A stretch of 42,125 bases of DNA from an uncultured Clostridia bacterium (GCA_946415665.1 CAMKTI010000002.1:1-42125); one strand, 5' to 3'; shown: positions 28,248 through 38,970, numbered from the stretch's first letter. Notes: a model not told the origin generated them from the sequence alone. Numbers and translations: made by a program.

Positions 28248-29096
28248 CTATTTTTTTCTGCGATGCAAAATATATTTATTAGAACTCTTATTTTTCTTAC
28301 GAGTTTTATAACCAAGTGCAGGTTTTCCCCAAGGAGTACATGGACCCGGACGTCCAACAGGACATTTTCCTTCACCACCACCATGTGGATGATCATTTGG
28401 ATTCATAACTGATCCACGAACCGTCGGTCTTATACCCATGTGTCTTTTTCTACCGGCTTTTCCTAAATTAACAAGAGCTTGATTAACATTTCCAACTTGT
28501 CCAATCGTTGCGTAGCATTTACTTAAAATTAATCGCATTTCGCCCGAAGGTAACTTAATAGTTACAAATTTTCCTTCTTTTGCGACCAATTGCGCCGCAT
28601 TTCCTGCTGAACGAACCAATTGACCGCCCTTTCCGATTTTCATTTCGATATTATGAATCTCAGAACCAACAGGCATATTCCCCATAGGCAAAGCATTTCC
28701 AATTTTTATTTCTGCTGACTCGCCACTCATTAACTTATCGCCAACTTTTAATCCGACCGGTGAAACTATATATCTTCTTTCTCCATCTTCATATAACAAC
28801 AAAGCAATATTAGCTGTCCTATTCGGATCATATTCAATACTCTGCACCGTTGCGAAAACATCACGCTTATCTCTTTTAAAATCTATTATTCTATACTTTC
28901 TTTTATTTCCACTGCCTCTATGCCTTACAGTAATCTTGCCTTGATTATTTCGGCCTGATTTCTTTTTCACAAAAGCAATTAATTTGTTACACGGCTTATT
29001 CTCTCTACTCGAAAGTTCACTTGAGCGAAAAACTGTCATTTTACGTCTCGACGGTGTATACGGCTTAAACTTTTTAATTTCATCTGTTTTTGCCAA
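28248..29096 (-). CDS. rplB: 50S ribosomal protein L2
   Basis: Contains ...[18 protein letters not shown].... TTG start sits 7 nt after AGGAGGG. Confidence 0.96.
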   Translation of the reverse strand: MAKTDEIKKFKPYTPSRRKMTVFRSSELSSRENKPCNKLIAFVKKKSGRNNQGKITVRHRGSGNKRKYRIIDFKRDKRDVFATVQSIEYDPNRTANIALLLYEDGERRYIVSPVGLKVGDKLMSGESAEIKIGNALPMGNMPVGSEIHNIEMKIGKGGQLVRSAGNAAQLVAKEGKFVTIKLPSGEMRLILSKCYATIGQVGNVNQALVNLGKAGRKRHMGIRPTVRGSVMNPNDHPHGGGEGKCPVGRPGPCTPWGKPALGYKTRKKNKSSNKYILHRRKK

Positions 29097-29113
29097 CCTA
29101 TTTCCCTCCTTTT

Positions 29114-29410
29114 TTATTTTTTAAATAACTCTATTTCTTTGCTTTCGCCACTTAAAAAAATTATGGCTTTTTTTCTTTTATTCGTTTTTCCAACGATTCT
29201 TCCACGTCTTTTTGTTTTGCCCTTTAAATTCATAATATTTACTCGTTTAACTTTTACGCCGTCAAACAATTTTTCTATTGCTTCTTTGACTTGCACCTTA
29301 TTAGCATCCGGATGCACATAAAAACAATATTTTTTATCCGCAAACATTTTCATTGCTTCTTCAGTCATAATCGGCTTAAAAATAATATCATAATATTTTA
29401 AATCAGCCAT
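29114..29410 (-). CDS. rplW: 50S ribosomal protein L23
   Basis: Contains [15 protein letters not shown]...KKAIIFL. Operon position fits. Confidence 0.94.
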   Translation of the reverse strand: MADLKYYDIIFKPIMTEEAMKMFADKKYCFYVHPDANKVQVKEAIEKLFDGVKVKRVNIMNLKGKTKRRGRIVGKTNKRKKAIIFLSGESKEIELFKK

Positions 29411-30054
29411 TATGCAAACACCTCTTGAATTTTATTTACGGCATCAATCGTTAAAACTAAATATTCATGATTTAACACCGCATAAGTGTTTATCAAATCC
29501 GAAGCAATCGTCTTCACGTTAAATAAATTTCTAGCTGACAAAATAATATTTTTGCTTGACTTTAAATCCTGCTGATTATTATTTATAACAAACAAAATTT
29601 TTTTGTCGTTTAAATTAATATTCATAACAATTTTTGCAAATCCTTTTGTCTTAATCTCATCAAGCTCAAGTTTATCCATTACAATTAATTTTTTTTCGCT
29701 TAGTCTCGTACTTAATGCAGACTTTATAGCCAAACGTTTAAGCTTCTTATTGATTTTAAAAGAAAAATCTCTTGGCTTTGGCGCAAAAACAACTCCACCT
29801 TTTCGCCACTGTGGTGAACGAATTGAACCTTGTCGTGCGCGTCCTGTACCTTTTTGTCGCCAAGGTTTTCTACCGCCGCCTCGAACTTCAGCTCTTGTTT
29901 TCGTACACTTTGTTCCCTGTCTTTGATTTGCTAAATAATATACTACCGCTGTATGCATTGCATGTTGATTCGCTTCAATACCAAATATATTATCTTTTAA
30001 ATCAATTTCGCCTGTTTTTTCACCGTTCATATTTATAACTTCGACTGTTGCCAT
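29410..30054 (-). CDS. rplD: 50S ribosomal protein L4
   Basis: Contains ...[34 protein letters not shown]. Confidence 0.96.
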   Translation of the reverse strand: MATVEVINMNGEKTGEIDLKDNIFGIEANQHAMHTAVVYYLANQRQGTKCTKTRAEVRGGGRKPWRQKGTGRARQGSIRSPQWRKGGVVFAPKPRDFSFKINKKLKRLAIKSALSTRLSEKKLIVMDKLELDEIKTKGFAKIVMNINLNDKKILFVINNNQQDLKSSKNIILSARNLFNVKTIASDLINTYAVLNHEYLVLTIDAVNKIQEVFA

Positions 30055-30079
30055 TTCTAATCTCCTTTCTCAAAAATTT

Positions 30080-30712
30080 TTAAACTTTTGCTTTCACACT
30101 GTTTTTTATAAAAACCAGCGAATTTTTTGGTCCCGGAACAGATCCTTTTACGAATAATAAATTTTTATCAGAATCAATTCGCATAATTTTAAGATTTTGA
30201 ATCGTAACTCTTTCGTGCCCCATATGTCCCGGCATTTTTTTCCCTTTTTTTACTCTTCCCGGCGTTGTTGTCGAACTCATTGAACCTACTCCGCGATGAT
30301 ATTTTGAACCGTGCGCCATTGGACCTCTTTGATGTCCATGACGTTTTATCGAGCCTTGAAATCCTTTGCCTTTCGAAATTCCAGTTGCATCAATAAATTC
30401 TCCAACAGAAAATTCATCAACTTTTATTTCGTCGCCAACTTTATAATTTTTAGCCTCAGCAAATCTAAACTCACGAAGATATTTTTTTGGGGAAACGCCC
30501 GACTTCGAAAATATACCTTGCAACGGCTTTAAAACATTTTTTGCTTTATCCCAAAAACCAACTTGGATCGCATTATATCCATCAGTTTCATCAGTTTTTA
30601 TTTGCGTAACATAACACGGACCAGCTAATAAAACAGTAATTGGAATAAGTTCGCCATTATCAAAAAAAAGCTGAGTCATACCAACTTTTTTAGCAAGTAT
30701 GGCCTTTTGCAT
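30080..30712 (-). CDS. rplC: 50S ribosomal protein L3
   Basis: Contains [14 protein letters not shown]...[12 protein letters not shown]. Confidence 0.96.
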   Translation of the reverse strand: MQKAILAKKVGMTQLFFDNGELIPITVLLAGPCYVTQIKTDETDGYNAIQVGFWDKAKNVLKPLQGIFSKSGVSPKKYLREFRFAEAKNYKVGDEIKVDEFSVGEFIDATGISKGKGFQGSIKRHGHQRGPMAHGSKYHRGVGSMSSTTTPGRVKKGKKMPGHMGHERVTIQNLKIMRIDSDKNLLFVKGSVPGPKNSLVFIKNSVKAKV

Positions 30713-30796
30713 AATTATCTTTACACCTCCCGTAATTAAATCAAATCGTTTATATCACGACCATGAAAAAATTTTTAAATCTTTGGTGATCACAAA

Positions 30797-31108
30797 TTAC
30801 AAGATTTTGATATTAATCTCGACACCATCCGGCAAAAACAATTTTGTCAGAATTTCCATTGTTTTCGGACCGACCGATACGATATCAATCAAACGTTTAT
30901 GTGTGCGACGCTCAAATTGATCACGCGAATCTTTATGCTTATGCACACTACGCAAAATCGTTATGATTTCCTTTTTACTTGGCAAAGGTACCGGTCCAGA
31001 AATTTTGCCTCCAGTTTTCGCCACGCTGTTTAATATTATCAGTACCGCTTCATCAATTAATCTGTGATCGTAGGATTTTAAAACAATCCTGATTTTTTGT
31101 GCAGACAC
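30797..31108 (-). CDS. rpsJ: 30S ribosomal protein S10
   Basis: Contains [16 protein letters not shown]...RTHKRLIDI. Start set to the GTG at 31108, 7 nt after GGAGG, giving 103 aa. Confidence 0.95.
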   Translation of the reverse strand: MSAQKIRIVLKSYDHRLIDEAVLIILNSVAKTGGKISGPVPLPSKKEIITILRSVHKHKDSRDQFERRTHKRLIDIVSVGPKTMEILTKLFLPDGVEINIKIL

Positions 31109-31153
31109 ATTTTCACCTCCATATTTTGTTTTCACAAAGCAAAAGCATCAGGC

Positions 31154-31183
31154 AGCATATCATAAAAAAAATATAATAATCAA
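31154..31183 (-). promoter_or_regulatory. candidate promoter of the S10 superoperon
   Basis: Minus strand reads TTGATT, an 18-nt spacer containing a TGn extended -10, then TATGCT. It lies about 45 nt upstream of the rpsJ start. Confidence 0.4.
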
Positions 31184-31423
31184 TACACTGTTCCGCGTGT
31201 TTAATTTTTTATAGAAAACAAAACAAGGGAAAATCGCCTGATTTCATGAATCAAGCTCGCTCCACAAAAATTTTCCGCTCGAAAATTTTTTTTCAACGGT
31301 AACTTTTTGTATCATAGCTCCAATTCACAATCTGTTCATTGTATCAAAAAAAAAACAAAGTGCAAAATTTTTTTTCGCAGACAAATTTTTTATCCTAAAT
31401 TTTTACAAACGAAAACTGTTTTA

Positions 31424-31452
31424 ATAACAAATAAAAAGTTTTGTTTTTAGAT
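31424..31452 (+). promoter_or_regulatory. copy P4 of the conserved promoter cassette (degenerate -35)
   Basis: Plus strand reads AATAACAAATAAAAAGTTTTGTTTTTAGAT. A perfect TATAAT also lies at 31466-31471. Confidence 0.4.
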
Positions 31453-31537
31453 AGTATTGTGTTTTATAATACCAATAAAATATCATCGAATTAGATTTTG
31501 ATAATATTTTATACCTAAATATTTGTGAGGAATAAGC

Positions 31538-32794
31538 ATGCATAAGCAAAATGAAAATAAATCTCAAGATTATAATGAACAACCTTCGGTTTATATTAGA
31601 TCGTTATATTTCGAAGGTAATGGATACGAAAATAGAAATTTAAGATTAAAAATACGAGAATTAGAGATATACAATGAACAGCTAAAAAAAGTTACCTCAA
31701 AAACAATAAACGAAAATCAACAATTGTTTGATGAAATAGATAAAAAAAATGATGAAATACGTAAAAAAGGTTGGGAATACTTGGAATCATATTCGAAATA
31801 CTACAAGGAGAGTCTTAAAAACTACCACTTAACAGATGAAATAGGTCGTTTAAAACAAGAACTGAAAGATGCGAAATCAGAATTAGAAAAAACAACAAAA
31901 GAACTGAATGAACTTAAAGAAAACCATGAAAATACAAAAAAAGAAGCGGAACATAAAGACAAGAAAATAAAAGAACAAGAAGAAGAACTTAATCAAACAA
32001 AATTAGAATTAAACGAGACAAACAAAACAAATAAAAATCAAACAGTAGAAATTAACGAGTTAAAAGAAAAACTGCAGAATAAAGAAAATGAACTGAACAA
32101 TGCGAAATCAGAATTAGAAAAAACAACAAAAGAACTGAATGAACTTAAAGAAAACCACGAAAAAAACCTAGAAGACCTGGAAAGCAAAACAAATAAAATT
32201 AGCGCGTTAGAAAAATCAGTGAAAGAGCAGTCAAAAATGTTTTTGTTGGTATCAGCTAACACTAACGTTACGGCACGAAAATTGTCTTTAATTTATTTTT
32301 TTGCATGGGCGTTGAGCTGGCTCTCCACTGGTTGTAAAAGTTATGTTGATCGAATTCGTACGATCAGAAACTTAAATCAAGAATTTAATGCCCTGAGAGA
32401 AAATTTAGATCTTCAAAGCACTGGTGTTGATTTTATCGAAAACGATGAAAATAAATTAATAAATAGTAATGCTACTGGCGAAAATATAGAAGATAATATA
32501 TTTAACATTTTGGATAATTTTTTGCCACAACTTGAAGGTGAGTTGTTTGATAAATACGCTTGCATTTATTGGAATATGTTGCATTTGTATAATCATAATA
32601 CGAATAAAATATATAACGCATTGCAAGAAACTCATATACAAATTCCGTCATTTAGAATGTTAAAATCCAAAATAGAACTAAAAATACATAAAAATCTTCA
32701 AACAAATAAAAACAAAGATACTAAACTTACAGATTTATTTTCAGACAATATAAAAATGGATACATGTAGGCAAATTTTTAACAATAAAAATTAA
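31538..32794 (+). CDS. orphan coiled-coil protein, 418 aa, with a central hydrophobic segment
   Basis: GAGG-type RBS before the ATG. Heptad-rich Lys/Glu/Asn region at aa 40-230 with a duplicated AKSELEKTTKELNELKENHE block. Hydrophobic segment is LSLIYFFAWALSWLSTG. Confidence 0.75.
   Translation: MHKQNENKSQDYNEQPSVYIRSLYFEGNGYENRNLRLKIRELEIYNEQLKKVTSKTINENQQLFDEIDKKNDEIRKKGWEYLESYSKYYKESLKNYHLTDEIGRLKQELKDAKSELEKTTKELNELKENHENTKKEAEHKDKKIKEQEEELNQTKLELNETNKTNKNQTVEINELKEKLQNKENELNNAKSELEKTTKELNELKENHEKNLEDLESKTNKISALEKSVKEQSKMFLLVSANTNVTARKLSLIYFFAWALSWLSTGCKSYVDRIRTIRNLNQEFNALRENLDLQSTGVDFIENDENKLINSNATGENIEDNIFNILDNFLPQLEGELFDKYACIYWNMLHLYNHNTNKIYNALQETHIQIPSFRMLKSKIELKIHKNLQTNKNKDTKLTDLFSDNIKMDTCRQIFNNKN
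31870..31926 (+). repeat. 57-bp perfect direct repeat, copy 1 (inside the coiled-coil gene)
   Basis: tgcgaaatcagaattagaaaaaacaacaaaagaactgaatgaacttaaagaaaacca is identical to 32101-32157. Confidence 0.9.
32101..32157 (+). repeat. 57-bp perfect direct repeat, copy 2
   Basis: Identical to 31870-31926 and in frame (231 bp apart, equal to 77 codons). Confidence 0.9.
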
Positions 32795-32897
32795 GTAACC
32801 GGACTAATAAATATTTTAAGCAGGGATTTGAATTTTCACTTCGATTATAAAATTCACAAAAAAACGACTGCCGAAAAGCAATCGTTTTTTATTAAAT

Positions 32898-33527
32898 AGT
32901 GTCTACATGAAAAAAAAATAAAAGAATAACAAAGATATAAAGATACAACGGAAATAAACAGAAGCGATAAAACCATCGAGCGCTTTAGTGTATCTGTTGG
33001 CAATACCGCGCCAACGTTTAAAAGCAGGAAAAGTATTATCGATAATATAAATGTGCCTAAAGAGATAAAGTTTACGGTGAGACTACTGTCTTTTTTCTTC
33101 AAAGCCATTTATAAGCACATTATTCAAGTCTGTTGCGTTTTTGAGGAATAACTGATTTTATATTTCGTTTTGCTATATAATACAAAACTTCGTTGGTATT
33201 ATAAGTTTTGTCTGCAAATAATAATTCTGCATTGAGATTTTTGATCAAGTAAATACCTTTTTTGCAATCGACTCATGATTCTTCTATAACGATAAATTTT
33301 ACAGTCACTTTGCGCTCATTGACTGATAAGTATACTTTAGAATTAAATCTTCTTTTGTTTTTTTGATATAGCCCGATTTTCGCCGCAAGCGACAGCTGTA
33401 TGCTGATGATTCTTTACATAAATTAAACTTATCACTTTTTTATTCTTTTCCATTATACCTTAATTTTATAGATCATTTTTTTCTTGTTTCGTTGCTCGTT
33501 TTTCTAGTGTAGACAGTTGTAGACAGT
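32898..33527 (-). mobile_element. IS5-family element type B, copy B, internally deleted and decayed; boundaries approximate
   Basis: An alternative frame of ORF 32854-33108 carries an ...RWRGIANRY...-like motif. The ends are agtgtctacatg and a tandem tgtagacagt-tgtagacagt. It is homologous to 34254-35151. Confidence 0.65.
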
Positions 33528-33838
33528 ATCTAGACTGCATTAACAAACTTTCTATTGTTTTTGGTTATTCCACTGTGTTGATCCAATTCCACGCTAAATT
33601 CAGCTCTACTGTTTCCAATGTTTTACCGCGGCTATAAAACCTACCATACGTTTTTTTCATTTTCATTTTACTTTTTTTCTATTTTTTCCCATTATATTTC
33701 TTTTTATAGCTTGTTTTTATATTTTTTGCATAGGCAGTATCTAAGGAAATGCAACTTTTTTGCTTCGGTGGCTTTCACTTTATTCTTCCAGATTCAGAAA
33801 TATTTGACCAACAAAAAAGCATCCACTTTTACACAAAA

Positions 33839-33911
33839 TGAGCTAAGCGAGACTCGAACTCGCGACCCCTTGATTAAAAGTCAAGTGCTCTACCGACTGA
33901 GCTACTAGCTC
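33839..33911 (-). tRNA. tRNA-Lys (anticodon UUU)
   Basis: Hand-folded cloverleaf: acceptor GAGCUAG/UUAGCUC, anticodon stem CUUGA/UCAAG with loop CUUUUAA, T-arm GCGAG-UUCGAGU-CUCGC. No CCA is encoded. Confidence 0.9.
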
Positions 33912-33934
33912 ACAAAAAAGAATAATAAGCAACG

Positions 33935-34009
33935 GGTGAATGGTGGGATTCGAACCCACGACCTCCAGAGCCACAATCTGGCGCTCTAACCAACTGAACT
34001 ACACCCACC
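33935..34009 (-). tRNA. tRNA-His (anticodon GUG)
   Basis: G-1 pairs with discriminator C. Anticodon loop is UUGUGGC and T-arm is GUGGG-UUCGAAU-CCCAC. Confidence 0.9.
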
Positions 34010-34015
34010 ACAAAG

Positions 34016-34089
<74 letters not shown>

Positions 34090-34098
34090 AAAAATGTA

Positions 34099-34173
34099 TC
34101 GGGGTAACAGGATTTGAACCTGCGACCTCCTGATCCCAAATCAGGCGCGCTAGCCAAGCTACGCTACACCCCG
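34099..34173 (-). tRNA. tRNA-Pro (anticodon UGG)
   Basis: Acceptor CGGGGUG/UACCCCG, anticodon stem CCUGA/UCAGG with loop UUUGGGA, T-loop UUCAAAU. Confidence 0.9.
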
Positions 34174-34205
34174 CCATGTTTCAAACTTAAAACCACTTAG
34201 TTTTT

Positions 34206-34234
34206 AGTTTAACACACAAAATTATGTTTGTCAA
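34206..34234 (-). promoter_or_regulatory. sigma-A-type promoter of the tRNA cluster
   Basis: Minus strand reads TTGACA, a 17-nt spacer, then TAAACT. It lies about 30 nt upstream of the tRNA-Pro 5' end. Confidence 0.6.
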
Positions 34235-34253
34235 TAGCAAAAAAAAATTTTTT

Positions 34254-35151
34254 TAGATAGTATTTACACAGTATTTACACGAGGAAAAATAAAAAACAAA
34301 AAGTAAATCAAAACAATATAAAGATACAACACACAAAAACAGAAGTAATGGAGACATCCAGAGTTGTTTAGCATAACGAGTGGCAATACTGCGCCAGCGT
34401 TTAAAAACAAGAAAAATATTCTCAATAACATATCGAAAACAGTAAAGTGTACAATTGTAATTATATTGTTCAAGTTTGTTGCATTTTGGAGGAATAACTG
34501 ATTTTATATTTCGTTCAGCTATATAAGACGAAATTTCGTTAGTATCATAAGTGCGATCCGTAAGGACTAAATTTGTATCGACATTTTTTAGCAAGTTAAT
34601 ATCTTCTTTACAATCGGCCCGTGTTTCTTCTGTAACGATGAATTTTATGGGTTTTCCGTGTACATTGATGGCTAAATGTGTTTTCGCATTGAATTGATAT
34701 AGCCCCGATTTTCACCGCGAGCCCTAGCTGTATGCTGATGTACTTTTACATAATTCGAGTCGATAATTAGCCATTCAAAATTTATATCACATTTTAATAT
34801 TTTAAATATTTTTTTCAGACGCCTCTCATAGCCATCGAATAAATCTTCGATGAACGGTCCGCTTTTCATAATCAAACTGCAAATCCACCAACGAAAATTC
34901 TATTTTAAGTATCCAAACAACCGCACTGATAAATTTTCGATCATCTTTGGCTATAACTTAATGTTGTCCAACTTGACTTGTCACGCGTAATTTTATTTGC
35001 TTCCGCTCTGCATTGCTTATATCAAATTTGTAATGCATCCTTTGCTTCGTTTTTATTTTTGCTCCTTTTTTATTCCTCTCCATTACATTTTATTTTATAT
35101 ATTATTTTTTCCATCATCTCATTGCTCGTTTTTTTCGCGTAGACATCATCT
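34254..35151 (-). mobile_element. IS5-family element type B, copy C, near full length but with broken transposase
   Basis: Fragments read ...RKFISAVVWILK..., ...LIIDSNYVKVHQHTARARGENRGY..., ...VLTDRTYDTNEI... and ...FKRWRSIATRYAKQL... in different frames. The left end has a tandem agtatttacac x2. Confidence 0.8.
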
Positions 35152-35152
35152 G

Positions 35153-35985
35153 GGTAGCGTTCACATAAAAAGCAAGTCAAAAATAAAAACAAGGGAACTG
35201 GTAAAAATAAGAATAGAATCAAGCTTACCATGACGAGTAAAAACTTTTCTAAAACGTTTCAATCTCAAGAAATATCGCTCGATATTATTGCGTTGTTTAT
35301 AAAGTTGTTTATCATAACTCCAAGGCAACTTACGATTTTTTTTTAGGTGGAACAACTGTCTTAAACCCGTGATTCTTAGCTAAAGCTAAAGTTTTATCAT
35401 CTTCGTAAGCTCGGTTCATCAGGAGATAATTATTATTTTTGAAATATATGGCCTTCTTCCTTCGGGAGAATTGTGAGAATTGCTAGGAGACAAACGAAAA
35501 TCCACTGGACATGAAGATGTGAAAAATAAATACAACTTGGTTGTCAGGTCCCTTTTGAACGTACGATGCTTTGTTTCTGATTGTTTTTATTCTTGTTTGC
35601 ATCTGGACTTACCTTTATGCTTGTACTATCAATAAAGAGTATATAATCCTCTTCATTAAGCAGTTTTTGTTTCTCTATAGCTTCTAAAATAAAGGTTTTA
35701 AAGAAAAAAAACAACAGCTTTGACAATCGTACCGTTTTGACCATCTACTAAATTTTATATAAACCGTGTGCCAATTTCCATATTCTTTTGATAATGTCCT
35801 CCATTTGCAACCATTCTCTATTATGTAAAGATTGCACACATAAATTTTTAGTCTGATATCTTCATCGGATTCCTCGCTATCGACATTAATTCCTCTAGCT
35901 TCTTATATTGTGTTTTTGTAAGTTTCATATCTCCATCTTATCACTTTTTTTGCTCAATCTATTTTTATTTTATGTGAACGCTACC
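35153..35985 (-). mobile_element. IS5-family element type A, copy 2, with perfect 18-bp IRs and decayed transposase
   Basis: The IRs are ggtagcgttcacataaaa and ttttatgtgaacgctacc. The ORF begins MKLTKTQYKKLEELMSIARNPMKISD* and is then broken by multiple stops. The C-terminal fragment reads ...YKQRNNIERYFLRLKRFRKVFTRHGKLD.... Confidence 0.85.
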
Positions 35986-36168
35986 TAAAATAGAAAAGAG
36001 ACATGCTTTGAGGCATGTTTTTTTTGCAAAAATTTTTATACACAGAAATAATAAATTTAGCTTGTAAGAAAAATATTTTTAACCAAAAATCAACCAGTTT
36101 ATATTTTTGTAACATAAAACAAAATAAATTATCTTACGAAGAAAGGACATAAAAAAAAGGCAAAACCC

Positions 36169-36197
36169 TTGACAAAAGCAAAAAAATATGATACTCT
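36169..36197 (+). promoter_or_regulatory. sigma-A-type promoter with extended -10
   Basis: Reads TTGACA, a 17-nt spacer with TG at -15/-14, then TACTCT. It lies about 110 nt upstream of the AAAGGAGGGG at 36305. Confidence 0.55.
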
Positions 36198-36409
36198 AAA
36201 ATTGGATATTGTTTTTAAAACAACATTTTGCCCGATCGAATTTTTTTAATTTTTTATGCGCCAGTAAAAAAATCGATTGGTTTTTGATTTATTTTTTGCT
36301 TAAAAAGGAGGGGAAGAAAGCCTCAAAAAAGAACTAACCAAAAAGCAAAATCCAAAGCAAGAGAAAACGATAAAAGCATTTAAAACCCATCAAATACCAA
36401 ATACCAAAT

Positions 36410-36884
36410 TTGATTTTGTTCAGCTTGGCCATTTTGTTTGGTGCGGCTTTGATTATTTCTTCGGGGTTTGCGTTGTCTTTGCCGTTGCTTTTAGGACATC
36501 AGAACAGGAATATTAGGAGTTTTGTTAGTTGTTTCTCCGATTTAGTTGCCGTTTTTACCGTTGGTCTGAATAGGAATTGCTGCTTTATCAGTTTTTGGTG
36601 TTGTAAAATCAGTTTTACATCTGTTTCTTGACAATGAAGCTTCACATGTAAAATGCTACAAGGCTGCGAAATATTTTAAATGCGGAATGTTTATTCTTGG
36701 CGGCGTAGCACTAATTATATTGACATTTTTGCCGATTGCTACAGCTTTAGCTGGCATTATCGGGACACCCGCAATTCTGTTAAAAATTTTTTGTTTTGCG
36801 TTGGGTGGTTTTATGGCTTTAAAAGACGGAATATCAATGAAGCAAGATTATTCAGTTGTAGAATACATTTTAGTTTCAAGATAA
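36410..36884 (+). pseudogene. frameshifted small membrane protein gene, truncated by an IS fragment
   Basis: Hydrophobic reading frames ...ILFSLAILFGAALIISSGFALSLPLLLG... and ...GIAALSVFGVVKSV...FILGGVALIILTFLPIATALAGIIG... lie in different frames. No in-frame ATG follows the strong RBS. The 3' end abuts IS type-A copy 3. Confidence 0.4.
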
Positions 36885-36889
36885 TGTGA

Positions 36890-37222
36890 ATATATATGTG
36901 AAAATAGTGATGACAATAGCTGGCGAGAAGATCGTGCAAGCTGTGTATAGCCAGAAATAGAAGGCGATATTATTTGTAAAACTGTGGATGAGTGTTCCGG
37001 GAATCTGAAGAGTGGTGATTTGTAATACCGTCCATTTGCAATCATTATTTATTATATAAGGTATTGCACACATGGATTCGTAGTTTGATATTTTCACCAG
37101 TTTCCTTGCTATCGGTATTAATCCCTCTACCCTTTTTATATTGTGTTTTTGTAAGTTGCATATCTCTATCTTGTCAATTTTTTTCTTTAGTCGACCGATT
37201 TTTATTTTATGTGAATGCTACC
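36890..37222 (-). mobile_element. IS5-family element type A, copy 3, a 5' fragment only; left boundary approximate
   Basis: Right end ttttatgtgaatgctacc. The N-terminal transposase fragment reads ...MKISNYESMCAIPYIINNDCKWTVLQITTLQIPGT.... The sequence aligns with 35800-35985. Confidence 0.7.
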
Positions 37223-37282
37223 TAGTCAACAATATTTTTTTGCCATGAAAAATAATCAAATATATTTTTTTCTTTTGGAGTG

Positions 37283-37316
37283 CAAAAAAAACTCCTGCCG
37301 ATTTTTTTTACGACAG
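37283..37316 (-). terminator. terminator after the radical SAM gene
   Basis: Minus-strand stem CUGUCG / CGGCAG (one G-U pair) followed by GAGUUUUUUUU. Confidence 0.55.
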
Positions 37317-37367
37317 AAGTTTTTGATTATAAGCAAGTAAATAAATTATCTATGTTAAAACGAAATC

Positions 37368-38198
37368 TTACTCAAGATTTGTGTTTTTATTTTTAATAAA
37401 TCTATCGTGATGAAAACAATTAACATAATCTATCGAATTTCTTTCACAATAATTTTTTATTTCTAATATTAATTTACCCCAGAAATCAGAATTTTTATGT
37501 ATATAAATTTGCTGGTAAAGATTAAAGTACTGTGGGTAATAATTTTTTATGTATTTTAATATAGGAAATTTATAACTGCCACGCAAATTAAGATTTTCAA
37601 ACCAATATTCATTTACAAAATATTTTGTCCGCTCAATAATCAAATGATAATCCGTAATTTTAGGAAATATCGGCGACATAAATAAAACAGTATTTATATT
37701 ATTTTTATAAAGCGTCTGCAAAGTTTTAAGTCTATCAAAAATATTGCTAGCTTTATCCATATCTTTTCTAAAATTTTCATCCAATGTATTAATACTTACA
37801 GCTACAGTTAATTTTTTTAATCTCTTTAAAATATCAATGTCTCTTAAAATCAAATCAGATTTTGTGCAAATTATTATTTTACAATCAATATCAACCAACT
37901 GTCTTAAAATATTTTGAGTCACGAAATATTTTTTTTCGAACAGGTTATAACAATCTGTAACCGAAGATAAAAATACTGTTTTGCCATTTAAAATTTTTTT
38001 ACTGATTGCCTTGTCACAGATTTTAATATCTATAAATTTCCCCCATTCTTCACCGTGACCTGTAAAACGTTTCATAAAACTCGCATAACAATATTTACAA
38101 GCGTGTGGACAACCTACATATGGATTTATAACATAATCACTCGCCGGAAGTTTTGACTTTACAACATAATCATTTACGTTTATAAATTTTTCTTTCAT
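37368..38198 (-). CDS. SPL-family radical SAM protein (SplB/COG1533-like, DNA photolyase-type)
   Basis: CxxxCxxC cluster within NPYVGCPHACKYCYASF. Start set to the ATG at 38198, 6 nt after AGGGGA. Confidence 0.75.
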   Translation of the reverse strand: MKEKFINVNDYVVKSKLPASDYVINPYVGCPHACKYCYASFMKRFTGHGEEWGKFIDIKICDKAISKKILNGKTVFLSSVTDCYNLFEKKYFVTQNILRQLVDIDCKIIICTKSDLILRDIDILKRLKKLTVAVSINTLDENFRKDMDKASNIFDRLKTLQTLYKNNINTVLFMSPIFPKITDYHLIIERTKYFVNEYWFENLNLRGSYKFPILKYIKNYYPQYFNLYQQIYIHKNSDFWGKLILEIKNYCERNSIDYVNCFHHDRFIKNKNTNLE

Positions 38199-38256
38199 AC
38201 TCAATCCCCTATTAAAAATTAATTTTTATTTATAGCCTCAATAAAATTTTTACACG

Positions 38257-38970
38257 CTACATATTTTGCCTGATTTTGTTTAAAATTTTTTTTTCGAGAC
38301 GTGAAACTTGTACCTGAGATAAATTTAATTTTTTGGCCACTTCTGATTGTGTTTTATCACAGAAATATCGCTGCTTAATAATTTCTTTTTCAATGTCATC
38401 TAATTTTTCTATTATGGAATGAATCGCGATTTTATTTATTATTTTTGAATGCCCATTATCTTTCGAATTTAATTTATCCAATAAAAAACAAGTGCTCCCA
38501 TCTGATTGATTTATAGTTTGATAAATCGACTCGACATTTTTGTTTGCGTCCATCGCAATTATTAATTCTTCGAGCGAAATATTTAATTCGTTTGCCAAAT
38601 CATTTAAAGTTGCTTGACGGCCATATTTTTTTAAAAAATTTTCCTGTGCATATCTAATTTTTCCAGCAATTTCTTTTATCGGTCGCGAAATTTTTATTAA
38701 ACCGTCATCGCGTAAAAATCTTTTTATTTCCCCGATTATCATTGGCACAGCATAAGTCGAAAATTTGACATTAAATTTATTATCAAATTTATTTATGCAT
38801 TTTAATAAACCAATAACACCAATCTGAAATAAATCTTCGAGTTCATAACCGCGATTCGAAAATTTTTTCACTATGCTCCAAATCAAACCTTTATTATCCA
38901 AAATTAATTTTTCTTTTGCGTTTTTATCTCCGTTTTGTGCAAGAATAATCAAATTATTTATCTCGTCCAT
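38257..38970 (-). CDS. sigF: sporulation sigma factor SigF
   Basis: Sigma-70 regions 2-4 are present (DLFQIGVIGLLKCINKFD, FSTYAVPMIIGEIKRFLRD, SQVQVSRLEKKIL). It lies directly downstream of spoIIAB. Confidence 0.9.
   Translation of the reverse strand: MDEINNLIILAQNGDKNAKEKLILDNKGLIWSIVKKFSNRGYELEDLFQIGVIGLLKCINKFDNKFNVKFSTYAVPMIIGEIKRFLRDDGLIKISRPIKEIAGKIRYAQENFLKKYGRQATLNDLANELNISLEELIIAMDANKNVESIYQTINQSDGSTCFLLDKLNSKDNGHSKIINKIAIHSIIEKLDDIEKEIIKQRYFCDKTQSEVAKKLNLSQVQVSRLEKKILNKIRQNM

Noticed and set aside
33618-33908. 96-aa plus-strand ORF
   Set aside because: Its 3' end runs antisense through tRNA-Lys, and the rest lies in IS-end debris. It is a spurious ORF.
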